Source: Tubulanus polymorphus (Eukaryota > Animalia > Nemertea). From it: a stretch of DNA of 64,000 bases. The stretch lies in the NCBI RefSeq assembly GCF_964204645.1, contig NC_134026.1:12051950-12115949 (forward strand). Direction: 5' to 3'. The notes under the pieces are model-generated. The model was given only the letters and a program-made list of their open reading frames with translations. It was not told the DNA's origin and searched no databases. A program made the position numbers and the translations under genes. Position 1 is the stretch's first letter. Each line of letters opens with the position of its first letter. This document shows positions 1 through 11,049 of the stretch, in pieces.

Positions 1-205
1 AGTCCAAACAAAATCAGAATTTGAACTGTCCGAATCCCCGTCAGAAACATTTCGAACTTTACCGGGAGGTTTCGAGCTTTTCTTTTTGGACATTGACGTT
101 GTTCTTCCACCTTTACGAGTGTCTGATTTCTTTTTACGGCATTTTCTAGCGTAATGTCCTTTCTTCTTGCAATAGGCACATTCTGCCTCTAAGGCACCAC
201 ACGAG

Positions 206-727
206 TCAGGTGCGTGGTCTTGCGGTTTCAAAAGTGCGTGCACTTTTCAAATATTTGTCTAGTGTCAAATCTTCCTGACCTAGGAATTTTACTCGGAGTT
301 CATTACTACGGCACTTTTCAACGATCTGGTCTCTGATCATCTCAGACTCTTTGTTGCCATAGTCACAAGATCGGACAAGGTCTCTGAGTGCGGTAGCATA
401 CTGGTCGATAGTTTCACTTTCATTCTGTGCTCGTTGGCGAAATTTATAACGTTCAGCTATAGTGTTCTTCTTTGGTTCGAAGTAGGCCTTCAATGCAGCC
501 TTCGCTTCTGCAAACGAAGTCTTTGATCCAGGGAGTGCAGCAAACACCCTCTGAACAGATGCTCCCATACAATGGAGCAAAGTAGCTCTGCGTATCTTGT
601 CCTCCTTCTGGTCCACGCCAGAGGCTACCTCGAAAAATTCGAATGAGGCCAGCCATGAACCCCATTCGGCTGCCAGGTCTGTGGCGTTCAAGTTCAACGG
701 GGCCGGAGCCCGAAGATTTTCGGCCAT
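206..727 (-). pseudogene. Gypsy gag-like protein; frameshifted near 206, with CCHC zinc knuckle residues continuing in another frame (CAYCKKKGHYARKC)
   Basis: ORF has LLHCMG, ERYKFRQRAQ..ETIDQY..ALR.L...C.YG and MIRDQIV motifs typical of Mag-type gag; likely ATG at 727 (MAENL). Confidence 0.8.
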
Positions 728-851
728 TTTAATTTTCACAGGCGGGTTGAATGTTTAACAATCGTACCTGTTTCGACGATCAAATTCGACCTCCAACGGA
801 CGAAGAATACAAAAATACACCGCTCTATATCAACATTAGTGTTCCAAATTT

Positions 852-864
852 ATCCTCGTCGCCA
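852..864 (-). promoter_or_regulatory. Primer-binding site complementary to the 3' end of tRNA-Ser(GCT)
   Basis: Minus strand reads TGGCGACGAGGAT, 2 nt inside the LTR end. Confidence 0.75.
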
Positions 865-866
865 TA

Positions 867-992
867 TGTAGCATCGTCCAGCCAAGATGTTTCCGATATA
901 AGATTAAGATTGATATAAAGATAAAGGTAGTAGTTTATTCATGGTTTCCGTTACAACGCTTTCTAGCCTGCGCCAGGTGGCAGCATCATACA
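867..992 (-). repeat. Putative 5' LTR (126 bp)
   Basis: TGTA...TACA ends, AATAAA on the minus strand near 935-940, abuts the PBS; partner LTR is outside the window. Confidence 0.65.
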
Positions 993-1086
993 ATGTACTA
1001 TCCTACAATCGTCAAGGTGTGTAATATCAGTACTTGTCCAATGAGATTGCAGAACTGTCGAAAGGGGAGAAATGCCTGAGCAAAGC

Positions 1087-1175
1087 AGTAATTGGAAAGT
1101 GGGCTTTCAGATCAGAGGTCGTGCGGTCGAGACACCACTCATCACCACAAGTAATTTTTTTTCCTAATAAATGGG
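1087..1175 (+). repeat. Left terminal inverted repeat (89 bp)
   Basis: Reverse complement of 18173-18262 apart from a 1-nt indel. Confidence 0.95.
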
Positions 1176-1496
1176 AGATAGAAAAGGATTCTTAGCAACA
1201 ATAAATAACAGAATTAAACCAGCAAAAAACAATTTGAAATAAAAAAGTTAGTTGATGTTACAAAAGAAATTGAACATAAAATATTGAAATTAGAAAAGAT
1301 AAAAACTAAATATGGAGAGAAAGTATCGGCGAATTTAAGCTACTGCAATGTTAGTACATCGCGAGAATTTAAAGTGTTTTTACCTGATAAATGGGTTTCA
1401 TTGAGTACAGAGGAATTAAAAGATTTAGAAGGATTTAAAATAATCTATCATGGGAAAAATGAAGACGGTCATCATGATTTAGAAATTGTTGATTAA
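1171..1496 (+). pseudogene. Small Polinton protein (TKYG...VFLP motif), frameshifted near 1230-1240
   Basis: TAAATG start at 1171 inside the TIR; first frame stops near 1240 and continues as ORF 1284-1496. Confidence 0.65.
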
Positions 1497-2438
1497 ATAA
1501 GAAATAAAAATAATGAATATCTAGAATCCAAAATGACCTTAGTCGTTTTATTGAACAACTACAATCATACAGTCAAACATCTGTTACATGTTATTATAAG
1601 AGAGTGCTTCATTTGAATATTGATCAATCAAACAGGTGTTGCACAACGTTGTTGTTATATTGGATAGCTAGCAGTTATATAATAAGCACGCAGTACATAC
1701 AACACACACACACAGGACAGGAGGATAGTCATTCTCTCTCGTGATTAAAAGGAATATTTCAATGTTTTTACGGTAAGTTTTAGCAAAACCACCCGACTTG
1801 ACTCACAGAGTTTTTAGGGGATAAGCATCCCGTTATTGAGAGGCGCCACGAGATACCTATCCCCAAGCATTTCTACTTACACCCCTGTGACCCACACCTC
1901 ACCAATTCTCCTTCAATGGTTGACAGGAAACACATTATATTAAAGGCGCCTAATGCATTTCCTATTAACCCCTTACCCTCGAAAGGAGGATCGAAAGTCG
2001 AAACTGAAGGAGAACCACGGAGGGTGGACATTTTCGAAATGCCCCTGCAAGCCAAAAAAATATGCTAAAAAAATATATGAAATTTGAAATTATAAATTAT
2101 TCCGAATGAAAAGAATATAAGAATGAAAACTGATAAATGAATTATGGATTTTTAACTTAATTATGATATAATTTTTAATCATATTAGTAATCGATTACCA
2201 TGTTAATTGATTAACAAATTCAAATTCAAATTCAAATAATTCATTTTAGCATCACACCCCACCCAGTGCTGCCATCTTTCAATTTAAGAAAAAACTAATA
2301 ATAAGAAACGACTGTAATACAATATTCAAGTAAAAACAAAATAAATTAATAAAAATAATGAATATCTAGAATCCGAAATGACTTATCTGGACAATTTAAT
2401 TGCTCCGCATAGATAGACAAAAGTAGTGAGATATTCAA

Positions 2439-2834
2439 TTATTTTTTTTGCTTTTTTTCTAAAATATTAATCCATTTTTTTATTATCAATTTTGGAATTT
2501 CAGAAGTATTTTCATTTTTGATAGCATTTGTTTCAGAATTATTTATATCATGAATTTTATTTGATTTCTTATACCAATTACACCCAATCAAAATGAATAC
2601 AATTACAAATCCAACTGTAAAATATAGATATTTATCAAATATTCTATTATTAGAAGGAGTAGAAATAAGAATATTTTCACCATTTTTATTAACATTTTTA
2701 TTACTTATTTTTTCTTTTACAGCTTTTTTATATTCTTGTGATTTAATTCCTAATTGCCGTGACCATTCAATTTGTTTCTGTGATCTCGGTTTTGTCTTCA
2801 CAGTTAATTCCTTCACTTCTTCCACCTCGCTCAT
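2439..2834 (-). CDS. Hypothetical single-pass membrane protein (131 aa)
   Basis: TAAATG start; hydrophobic stretch YLYFTVGFVIVFILIGC. Confidence 0.75.
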   Translation of the reverse strand: MSEVEEVKELTVKTKPRSQKQIEWSRQLGIKSQEYKKAVKEKISNKNVNKNGENILISTPSNNRIFDKYLYFTVGFVIVFILIGCNWYKKSNKIHDINNSETNAIKNENTSEIPKLIIKKWINILEKKQKK

Positions 2835-3372
2835 TTATTATAGAAATATTTTTACTTTCAATATTTGAAAATGTTATAACCCCAGTTGATAATAATGTCA
2901 TAAATCCACCTAATTGAAATGATAAATATCCAATCCATTTATTTAATTCAGTCATAACTAAATAGTCATTTTTTAAATCGGAATATAATCTATTTTCATC
3001 TTCAATTGGTAGTATATAATTACATAATTTACTATAACCTTTTACTACATTTTCTGATATCGCGTCATTAATTCTAGCTGTTCTCGCGGCTTCATAAATC
3101 TTAAATAATCTAATAATTTCATCTGATTTCATTGTATCGAATTCATCATAAGTTAAATTTTTACCGACAAAATTTCTACATTTTCCAGATGCTATTAATA
3201 TTTCTAATTGATGTTTACAGTAAAGATAATATTCATAATTATTATTTGTTGTAACATTATTTAAAGCACCATCATCTGGAATTAATTTGTTTTCTGTTAT
3301 TCCTAAATCATCTAAAGTTTTTTCAATTGGAACATCACCATTTTTAGATTTTATTTTCTTTTCACCTACCAT
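2767..3372 (-). CDS. Hypothetical protein (201 aa) with a C-terminal hydrophobic segment
   Basis: T7-GTTATA-TAAATG start; intact ORF. Confidence 0.75.
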   Translation of the reverse strand: MVGEKKIKSKNGDVPIEKTLDDLGITENKLIPDDGALNNVTTNNNYEYYLYCKHQLEILIASGKCRNFVGKNLTYDEFDTMKSDEIIRLFKIYEAARTARINDAISENVVKGYSKLCNYILPIEDENRLYSDLKNDYLVMTELNKWIGYLSFQLGGFMTLLSTGVITFSNIESKNISIINERGGRSEGINCEDKTEITETN

Positions 3373-3403
3373 TTATATAACAAAAAAATTAGTTGTGATG
3401 TTG

Positions 3404-3641
3404 CAACTAGAATTCAACTAGATTAACAAGCTAGTTGAAATATTGTTGTGTTTGTTTATTTCTTGTTAAATCTAGTTGATTTTTGTTTCAACTACTAACA
3501 ACTAGAATTCAACTAGAATGTAACTAGAATTAAACTAGATTAACAAGCTAGTTAAAATATTGTTAAATCTAGTTGATTTTTGTTACAACTACCAATAACT
3601 AGAATTCAACTAGAATTCAACTAGATTAACAAACTAGTTGA
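3404..3641. repeat. Intergenic array of direct and inverted CAACTAG/CTAGTTG repeats
   Basis: CAACTAGAATT units and CTAGTT(G) counterparts, arranged in larger duplicated blocks. Confidence 0.8.
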
Positions 3642-3643
3642 AT

Positions 3644-4251
3644 TTAAATAAATTCATATTTAAATGGGTGTTGTAATCTAAATAGTAACTTTGATCTTTT
3701 AATATTTTTCAACTTATCCATATATTCATTATGTAAATCATGTGGAATAATATCATTTTCCTCAAGTGCATTTTTCATCGATTTTCTATCTTTATTGTAG
3801 AATAAAACTAGAAATCTAATGTTTTCTCTAAAGTCTTTAACAATTGAATTATATTTTTGATTTAAAACCCATGTTGTTATCCCAAAATGTCTCCCAGAGA
3901 AAGCTAGATAACATAACTCACTTTCTCTGACTTTTGAATCATGTAAATTTGCGCAATCATCTATGATAAATAATGTATTTGATCCTTTATAAATATCAAT
4001 TGCTATTTTTATACAATTATCTAAATTTTCTTTTACTGTTTTAGGATCTAATATAATAAATTTATTTTTCTAGTAATATTTCTATCATAAGTTTGATTAA
4101 ATTCATATGTTGGGCAAAATAATACTATGTTATCAAAATAGTTTTCATAAACAGTATCTAATAAATTTAATATAAAATAAGTTTTTCCACAATTTGTTAC
4201 GCCAGATATTAACATATTATGAGGCTCAAATATAAATAATTCCTTATTCAT
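3644..4251 (-). pseudogene. A32-like (FtsK/HerA superfamily) packaging ATPase with one frameshift near 4065
   Basis: Walker A GVTNCGKT; after the frameshift, Walker B LFIIDD and the SGRHFGITTWVLNQ motif; stop at 3644. Confidence 0.9.
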
Positions 4252-5379
4252 TTATATATTTTTAATTTTACTTGATAATATCCATTCATTAATTTTATCT
4301 GGCCATCCAACCCATTTTACTAAAGAATATTTTTTTCTTTTAATAGTTTTTGTTTTTAATACTTTTTCAATTTTATATTCTTGTTCTAGATTTTCAGTAG
4401 TTAAACTTAATTCTTCTTCGTAAAAGTAGCCATCAACTTCTTCACCATCTAAATCTTCTAATTTATAGACATATGGTTTTGTTGTTATTACCTTTTTTAT
4501 TTTATATATTTCCCTAGTAAAATTTCGATCGTATCCTTTGTCAAATATCTTTTTATACTTAGATATTCTAACATTTTGGCCAACTTTAAATTTAGGTTCA
4601 CCAAAATCATCTACAAGAAATGCTCCATATAAATTATTCCAAACAATTTCAGCATTTTCAGGTTTTCTAGCATCAATAGGTTTCATTCCAATAGAAGAAT
4701 GATAAGAATTATTATATCCTTCTATCAATTTTGGTAAAACATCAATCCATTTAAAAGTATTATTTGCTGTAAAATATTTCCACATTCTTGTTCTTAATGT
4801 TCTATTAAATCGTTCAACAACTGCTGCTTTTTTATCCGATTTTGTTGAAAAATATTTAATATTATGATTGTCTAAGAGTTCATGAACAAGTGAATTATCA
4901 AACTCTTTTCCATCATCAAATTGTATTTTTTCTGGTTTTAGTTTATCATCCGAAAGAAATTTTCTTAAAACATTTGATGTTTGTACAGCATCTTTTCTAT
5001 AAAGTGGGAAACTCCATACATAACGACTAAAAATATCAATTATAATCAATAACCACCAATAATCATCATTATCTTCCTTAACATTTTTCGTATCAATTAA
5101 ATCTCCTTGCCACTGTTGATCTACATAACTTACCATAGTTTTACGAGTTTTATATTTTCTAACAATTTTTTTATGTGTTGTGTATGTTGGTTGTTCTAAC
5201 ATAAATTCATTTATATCTTTATATTTAATTAAATTGTGTGGGATTATCTTATCTAATTTATCTTGTTTTACTTTACGCCATATATTTTTGGTAGAAGAAT
5301 AAGCAACCGAACTCTCAGGGTTGTAATATAAATTTCTTAAATATTGTTCTTTAGTATTAGGAGTTTTTTTACCTCCCAT
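4252..5379 (-). CDS. Retroviral-like (rve) integrase with C-terminal chromodomain
   Basis: WQGDL, IDIFSRY, FDDGKEF and VERFNRTL form the DDE motif; C-terminal YKIEKVL...LVKWVGWPDKINEW is a chromodomain. Confidence 0.95.
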   Translation of the reverse strand: MGGKKTPNTKEQYLRNLYYNPESSVAYSSTKNIWRKVKQDKLDKIIPHNLIKYKDINEFMLEQPTYTTHKKIVRKYKTRKTMVSYVDQQWQGDLIDTKNVKEDNDDYWWLLIIIDIFSRYVWSFPLYRKDAVQTSNVLRKFLSDDKLKPEKIQFDDGKEFDNSLVHELLDNHNIKYFSTKSDKKAAVVERFNRTLRTRMWKYFTANNTFKWIDVLPKLIEGYNNSYHSSIGMKPIDARKPENAEIVWNNLYGAFLVDDFGEPKFKVGQNVRISKYKKIFDKGYDRNFTREIYKIKKVITTKPYVYKLEDLDGEEVDGYFYEEELSLTTENLEQEYKIEKVLKTKTIKRKKYSLVKWVGWPDKINEWILSSKIKNI

Positions 5380-5409
5380 TTATATATCGTTAATTTTAAC
5401 TTTATATTT

Positions 5410-6657
5410 CTAATATTGAATACTATCTAATTGGGAATTTACAATATTTAATTGTGCATCAGATATAATATAAATGTGCATTTTAAAATTTTTGTCTCCT
5501 CTTTTCTTTTTCATGAATAATTGTATTCCATCTTTAGTGTTCTGTAGTTTTTTTCCAGAACCATGTAATGAATTATCCTCTGTTGTTCTAAAATCTAACC
5601 ATAATGCATATTTATTGCCGGTATAATAATCAATTTGATTAATATTACAATTTTCAAATGATTTTACTTTTTCATTCATAAAATGTTTTCTAATTTCTGG
5701 CCATTGATTAATCATTCTCATTCCTTGACAAAATATTTTATTTGCTATTCCTTCGATAGTTATTTCTACTTTTGTTATTTCAGGATTATAATAATTATCT
5801 ACCTTTATTGCGCCATTAGTATATGTTGCAATGGTAAAAAATATTAATATACCTTTAATAGATCTTCTTGGGAAGTTAATATTCTCATTAATTATTTCAT
5901 CATTTGCATTAATAGTTACAGTTTTAAATTTATCAATATAATCATATAATAATGAAAATCCTTGATTGTATTGAGTTTGAATTGTGCTAGCAATATTTTC
6001 ATTAGTTACTGTGTTATATTCTAAACATATATTCGATAATTTATAACCCATATCTTTAACAACGCTAGATAATACAATTTCATTTACAGGAGCAAATGTT
6101 ATCTCAAATATAATATCTTCTTGAATTGCGTATTTATATAAAGGTGCATTATTATTTATCAATTCAAAGTCTAATGGAATTTTATATTTGCTTCCATAAA
6201 TCTTTTTAATCAAATTATCTGTGGCACGAGTTACTATTGCGTCATTAGCTCCTGATCTTAATTTATTATGGTTTTCCGATTGAATACCCTGAAATACCAT
6301 ATTATTTCTATTTTCATTAGTTAACCATAAATCTTTATAATGCATAAATAAATTATAATCATCTAATGAGAAAACTGTTTCTGGACCAATCTTTATTGTT
6401 AATTTTTTAATCAAATATCTCCCAACATTATCGACAACATAATTATTATCATAACCAGTTACTTTTATATCGGCTGATAAATAAATACTATTTGGAACAT
6501 AAAAAGTATTTTGTGTTAATCTAGGAATTGTAACATATAAAGTTTCATCGGGATTAATATTTGAAGGCTTATGTGTAATTATATGATGTGATCTTTCTGC
6601 TTTAATAGCATTAGATATTCTAGAAATCTTAGAAGGACTTATAAAACTCCCACTCAT
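5410..6657 (-). CDS. Major capsid protein (predicted double jelly-roll), 415 aa
   Basis: Size, beta-rich pattern (LIKKLTIKIG, YKIPLDF, YKLSNICLEY, ITKVEITIEG) and context; intact ORF. Confidence 0.8.
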   Translation of the reverse strand: MSGSFISPSKISRISNAIKAERSHHIITHKPSNINPDETLYVTIPRLTQNTFYVPNSIYLSADIKVTGYDNNYVVDNVGRYLIKKLTIKIGPETVFSLDDYNLFMHYKDLWLTNENRNNMVFQGIQSENHNKLRSGANDAIVTRATDNLIKKIYGSKYKIPLDFELINNNAPLYKYAIQEDIIFEITFAPVNEIVLSSVVKDMGYKLSNICLEYNTVTNENIASTIQTQYNQGFSLLYDYIDKFKTVTINANDEIINENINFPRRSIKGILIFFTIATYTNGAIKVDNYYNPEITKVEITIEGIANKIFCQGMRMINQWPEIRKHFMNEKVKSFENCNINQIDYYTGNKYALWLDFRTTEDNSLHGSGKKLQNTKDGIQLFMKKKRGDKNFKMHIYIISDAQLNIVNSQLDSIQY

Positions 6658-6697
6658 TTATTTAACAAAAAAATTAATTATTTATTTTTAATCATGT

Positions 6698-8129
6698 TTA
6701 CTTGATATTTTTTGATATCATATTCACTAACCCAAAAATAATAGCAGTTGCAACTGTAATTAAAAATAAAATAATATGTTCAGCAGCAAAGTTAAGAATA
6801 TTCCCAGCAGATTTCAATATAAAACCAACAATTGATGCAATAATTCCTGGTAAAGCTGAAGCAGATTTTTTAAATAGTTCCCATAAATAATTTGCTAATT
6901 TCTTTAAACCATCTTTAACTTTATCTTGTATAGAATTATTACCTGGGGGTTTATCTGGTTTATTTGGAGTAGGAGTAGATTTCAAAGAATTTGATATTGC
7001 TAAACCAATTGTTGTAAATAACATAGTTACAGCTGTTAGAATTGAAAGAATTGTTATTCCTTCTAATTTAAATAATAACTTTATTCTATCTTTTAATGAT
7101 ATTTCAGAATTTGGTTTAATCAACAAATCTTTAAAAATAACTTTTAATCTATTAATATTATAATCATATGATTCTAATAATAATTTAATTTCTTCTTTCT
7201 GTACTTCTAAATTATCTTTTAAATTATTAATTTCTTTTTCTAAACGTAATTCTTTTTGCCTATATTCTATTTCATCAATTACTTGATGATCTAAATCAGA
7301 CTTTAGTTGTTCTATTTCTTTATTTGCATTAGTTAATTCTTTTTCCAAATACATAAATTTTTTGATCTCTTATACTTTTATTATGTGCAATTTTATCAGC
7401 TTCATTTCTTATACTAATAATTTCTCTAATTGCTTCATCAGAAAATATATTTAAATCTTCTAATTGTTGATCTGTTGCATCAAGTAATCCATTCGGTAAA
7501 AGTTTTTCAATTAGAACTTTATTTGATTTAAGTTTACTAGTTTTAGAAGTTTTATTCTGTTCAGAAGTTGTTTCTGTTTTTGATTTCTTTTTGATTATTT
7601 CAAATAATTCATTAATTCTTTGTTTAAATACGTCTATATCATTATCAGTTAATTCTTGTTTTATAACATCAGTTATTACATTACTATTACTTATTCTTTT
7701 AATTCTATCTGGATCTAATTTTCTCAAAGTTAATTTTGTTATTATTTTTTTTTAATAAGTGATATCAATATAATAATCATCTTTCAAACGATAATAACAT
7801 TTACCATTATCTAAAAATTTTAATTGATCTGCTAAAAGTCCAACGTCTTCATCATTTATGTTAAGTTTAGATTTTTCAATTAAATCTTCTAATTTAGGTA
7901 TTTTGTTTAAATTATCTAATTCTTGTTTTACTAAATCTGGGTCTAAATTTTCAGGATTTAATTGTGATTCTGAATTTTTAATATAATCAGGCATATTTAA
8001 ATTATTATTATATTCTGGCTCATTGCCATCATTAAAACTTGTTTCACTAAAATCAGGTTGTTGTTCATCAGTTATACCAGGTTCATCAAAAGGATCCATT
8101 CCAATATCTTCTCCACCTTCTACATCCAT
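6698..8129 (-). pseudogene. Coiled-coil protein with acidic N-terminus and C-terminal membrane helices; one gene broken into three ORFs
   Basis: Single TAAATG start at 8129; in-frame TAA at 7752-7754; frameshift near 7340. Confidence 0.7.
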
Positions 8130-8145
8130 TTATATAATAAAAAAA

Positions 8146-9536
8146 TTAAAATTTAAGATATAATATTCCTCCTATAACAATTCCTATACAAGTTTAAGCT
8201 AATTTAGTATTTTCATGTAATTTATTATCATTATCAGTTTTAATTATATCATGTTGAATATTATCAGTTTTAATATTTTCTGTACTATTGTAATCTTTTA
8301 TTTTGGAATCATTATCCAATTTAATATTCTTAGTTTTAGTTTCTGTTGATTGAATATGTTTTTTATTTTTTTCACTTTCCATTAATTTTGGAGCAGTAAT
8401 TATCTTTTTATTTATATCATTCAATCCAAATGAATTATTTATTGTTGCAGTTTTAATTAGATTATTATAACCAATTATATTTCCCATCTTTAATACTAAA
8501 TCATTAGAAATAATTAATAGATTAGGGCCTATACAATAATTTAATCTAATATGTGATTTATCTAAATAATTTTGATATCTTACAATGTTTTCTGGAATCG
8601 ATCTATTTTTATCATTATAAATGGAATCTTCAAATAATACTTTAAATTGTTTCTGCGTATCAAATGATGTATTTAAATTTCCAATTATTGGGGATCTTGT
8701 TTCAACTTGCGCACCTAAAATACATATCAAATAAGTTCTAATAGATTGATTTATTCTTTGTATACCTGATTGTGTAAAACCTTCATTATTTTCTAAAATG
8801 AAATAAACCCAACCATTATTGTTTTCTTGTTTTAAATTATCATAAAATGTCGGTAATTTATTGAAATTTAATGTTTCTAAATCATTTGTTTCTATTTTAC
8901 CATAACCTCATTTATTACTATAGATGTTATAAAAACTATTAAATGGTATGGAAGTGCACAATATTCTGCAATCTTTTTAGGGCAAGGAAGTGATCTTATT
9001 GTTCCAATTTTTGTTCTAAAATCAGAATTATTTATATCTATATTAAATTCATTACAAATTTTATAAAACTTTGATAAATTAATATTATTATCTTATTCTT
9101 TAAAATACCTAGATCCTGGTAAAGCGCACTCTAATTCATTTAATATTATTCTGATTTGAAAGTATGTATGAAATCTAAATAAACTTTGAATTAATTTATA
9201 TTTAGAATTATTCAAATGATCATTCCAACTAATTCCACAACCTGTTGTTGCACAATAAACAGCAAAATTTAATTGGTTTTGCCAATACTTCATATTAGAT
9301 TTTAATAACCATTGTTTTTCATCTTTCAATTTTTTAATATTAATTAAATATACATGAAATATATTTTCCATCTTTGCATTAAAATTATTAGTTTCAGTAA
9401 CATAAATTTCTAAATTAGTTAGTAATGAATCTAAAACTTCATTTCTATATGTAATATCTTTATTAAAATCTATTGCTGGAATATTATATTTAATTGATTT
9501 ATTATATTGGAAAGCTTTTGGAAAACTATCTACCAT
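8146..9536 (-). pseudogene. Conserved-looking hypothetical protein (WQNQLNFAVYCATTGCGIS motif) with C-terminal hydrophobic tail, disrupted
   Basis: TAAATG start at 9536; fragments 9093-9536 and 8194-8730; reading through the stop at 8194 gives TCIGIVIGGILYLKF. Confidence 0.65.
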
Positions 9537-9552
9537 TTATATAATTAAAAAA

Positions 9553-9987
9553 TTAATAATTCATTAATTCTTTTAATAATTTATCTTGTTCTTCAACTGT
9601 TATATGACCATTTAAACTTATTATATAATCTAGTGTATTCTTTAATTTATTAATTCCTTTTATATTAGTTTTAATTTTTTCTTTATTACTTTTTATATTT
9701 AATTTTGAACTTATACCAGTTAATACACTTGAACTTAATCCTAATACACCAATTGAAATAGCTAAAGGTGTTAATGGGCTGAATATTGCTAAAAATGTTA
9801 TTACAGAACTAATTGTAACCGAACCACTTATAATCAAATAATATATAATTTTACTTTTTAAATATTTTTTCTTTTTTATCTTTAAGTCACTTTCAAATTC
9901 TAATATTTGTTTTTCTAAATATGTTTTTAATTTAGTTTTATTTATATCATGAGGAATAATATCAATACTATCAACTTTATCTTCCAT
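9553..9987 (-). CDS. Hypothetical two-TM membrane protein (144 aa)
   Basis: T8-CTAAA-TAAATG start; central hydrophobic hairpin. Confidence 0.75.
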   Translation of the reverse strand: MEDKVDSIDIIPHDINKTKLKTYLEKQILEFESDLKIKKKKYLKSKIIYYLIISGSVTISSVITFLAIFSPLTPLAISIGVLGLSSSVLTGISSKLNIKSNKEKIKTNIKGINKLKNTLDYIISLNGHITVEEQDKLLKELMNY

Positions 9988-10006
9988 TTATTTAGAAAAA
10001 AAATTA

Positions 10007-10429
10007 CTAATTAGTAAATTTATATGCTACAAATATAACAATAACTGTTCCACCTAAAATCCAAATTATTTCATATTTCTGTTGTTCTTTACTTGGGGTG
10101 TAATAATCTGATAATTTAGGTTTGTATTGATGTAATTTTTCTTTATTTGTTACGGCGTTATATAAACTCATTGCATCATCAACTGATTGAAAATCTCTAT
10201 GTGAAATCTTCTGATCATATAATTCTTTATTGATGTAATCCATATAGTTTTGCCTCCTTTCTCTATATTCTTCTGCTGCTTTATTGTATTTCTCTAATGC
10301 TAAGTTATGTCTTCTTTGTTCTCCTAATGAACTATTTTTATCAATATGTTTAAATAAATATCCACCACCAGTAAATGCTAAAGCGTTAACAATTGCCGAT
10401 CCTATAATAGTTATAATTGCAGAAGCCAT
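10007..10429 (-). CDS. Hypothetical membrane protein (140 aa) with hydrophobic N- and C-termini
   Basis: TAAATG start; IGSAIVNALAFTGGGYLF, central helical region, C-terminal TM. Confidence 0.8.
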   Translation of the reverse strand: MASAIITIIGSAIVNALAFTGGGYLFKHIDKNSSLGEQRRHNLALEKYNKAAEEYRERRQNYMDYINKELYDQKISHRDFQSVDDAMSLYNAVTNKEKLHQYKPKLSDYYTPSKEQQKYEIIWILGGTVIVIFVAYKFTN

Positions 10430-10453
10430 TTATTTAGTAAAATAATTACGCAT

Positions 10454-10675
10454 TTATATGGGAGGAATATATTTTTGTTTTTCCAAATAATCAATAGTTA
10501 AATTAGATAAAGTAATTGCTAATGTTAATTTTAAAATATCATTTATATCAAATCTATCAACATTAACACTTCCCATTTTAAATACTTTTTTTAATACCAT
10601 TGAATAACCAACAGTTCCAACTGATAGTAATGCGCCATTATATAATCCAGTTATTATCCACTTATTATCACTCAT
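10454..10675 (-). CDS. Small hydrophobic protein (73 aa)
   Basis: T9-GATAAA-TAAATG start; fits the tight gene packing. Confidence 0.7.
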   Translation of the reverse strand: MSDNKWIITGLYNGALLSVGTVGYSMVLKKVFKMGSVNVDRFDINDILKLTLAITLSNLTIDYLEKQKYIPPI

Positions 10676-10682
10676 TTATTTA

Positions 10683-11033
10683 TCAAAAAAAAATACTATC
10701 ATCAAAATATTTAGTTAACTTATTTACGATTAATTCAACATTTATTTCATTACTAGTTTCATTTGTATATATTTCAATTATTATTTTTTTAATATCATCG
10801 ATGATAAAATCTTCAGCTAATTCATAAAATCTTAAAGATTCTCTAATTAAATTAGTAATCTTTTCTACATTTAAAGTTTCTTTATCTATTGTTTTTTCAT
10901 ACTCAAATGTTGTTTCATTTGAAAATGCAATATTTTTGATATGTGTAATTACATCATTAATGTTAAATTTCATTTCTTTCTCACGTTTAAAATCAAATCC
11001 AAAACATATACTCGGTCCAACAGTTATATTCAT
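10683..11033 (-). CDS. Hypothetical protein (116 aa)
   Basis: T6-CACTATA-TAAATG start. Confidence 0.7.
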   Translation of the reverse strand: MNITVGPSICFGFDFKREKEMKFNINDVITHIKNIAFSNETTFEYEKTIDKETLNVEKITNLIRESLRFYELAEDFIIDDIKKIIIEIYTNETSNEINVELIVNKLTKYFDDSIFF

Positions 11034-11049
11034 TTATATAGTGAAAAAA

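Larger units (their letters stand above)
1..992 (-). mobile_element. 5' part of a Ty3/Gypsy (Mag-like) LTR retrotransposon, continuing beyond the window start
   Basis: Short LTR, primer-binding site and gag-like ORF occur in the correct order on the minus strand. Confidence 0.85.
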
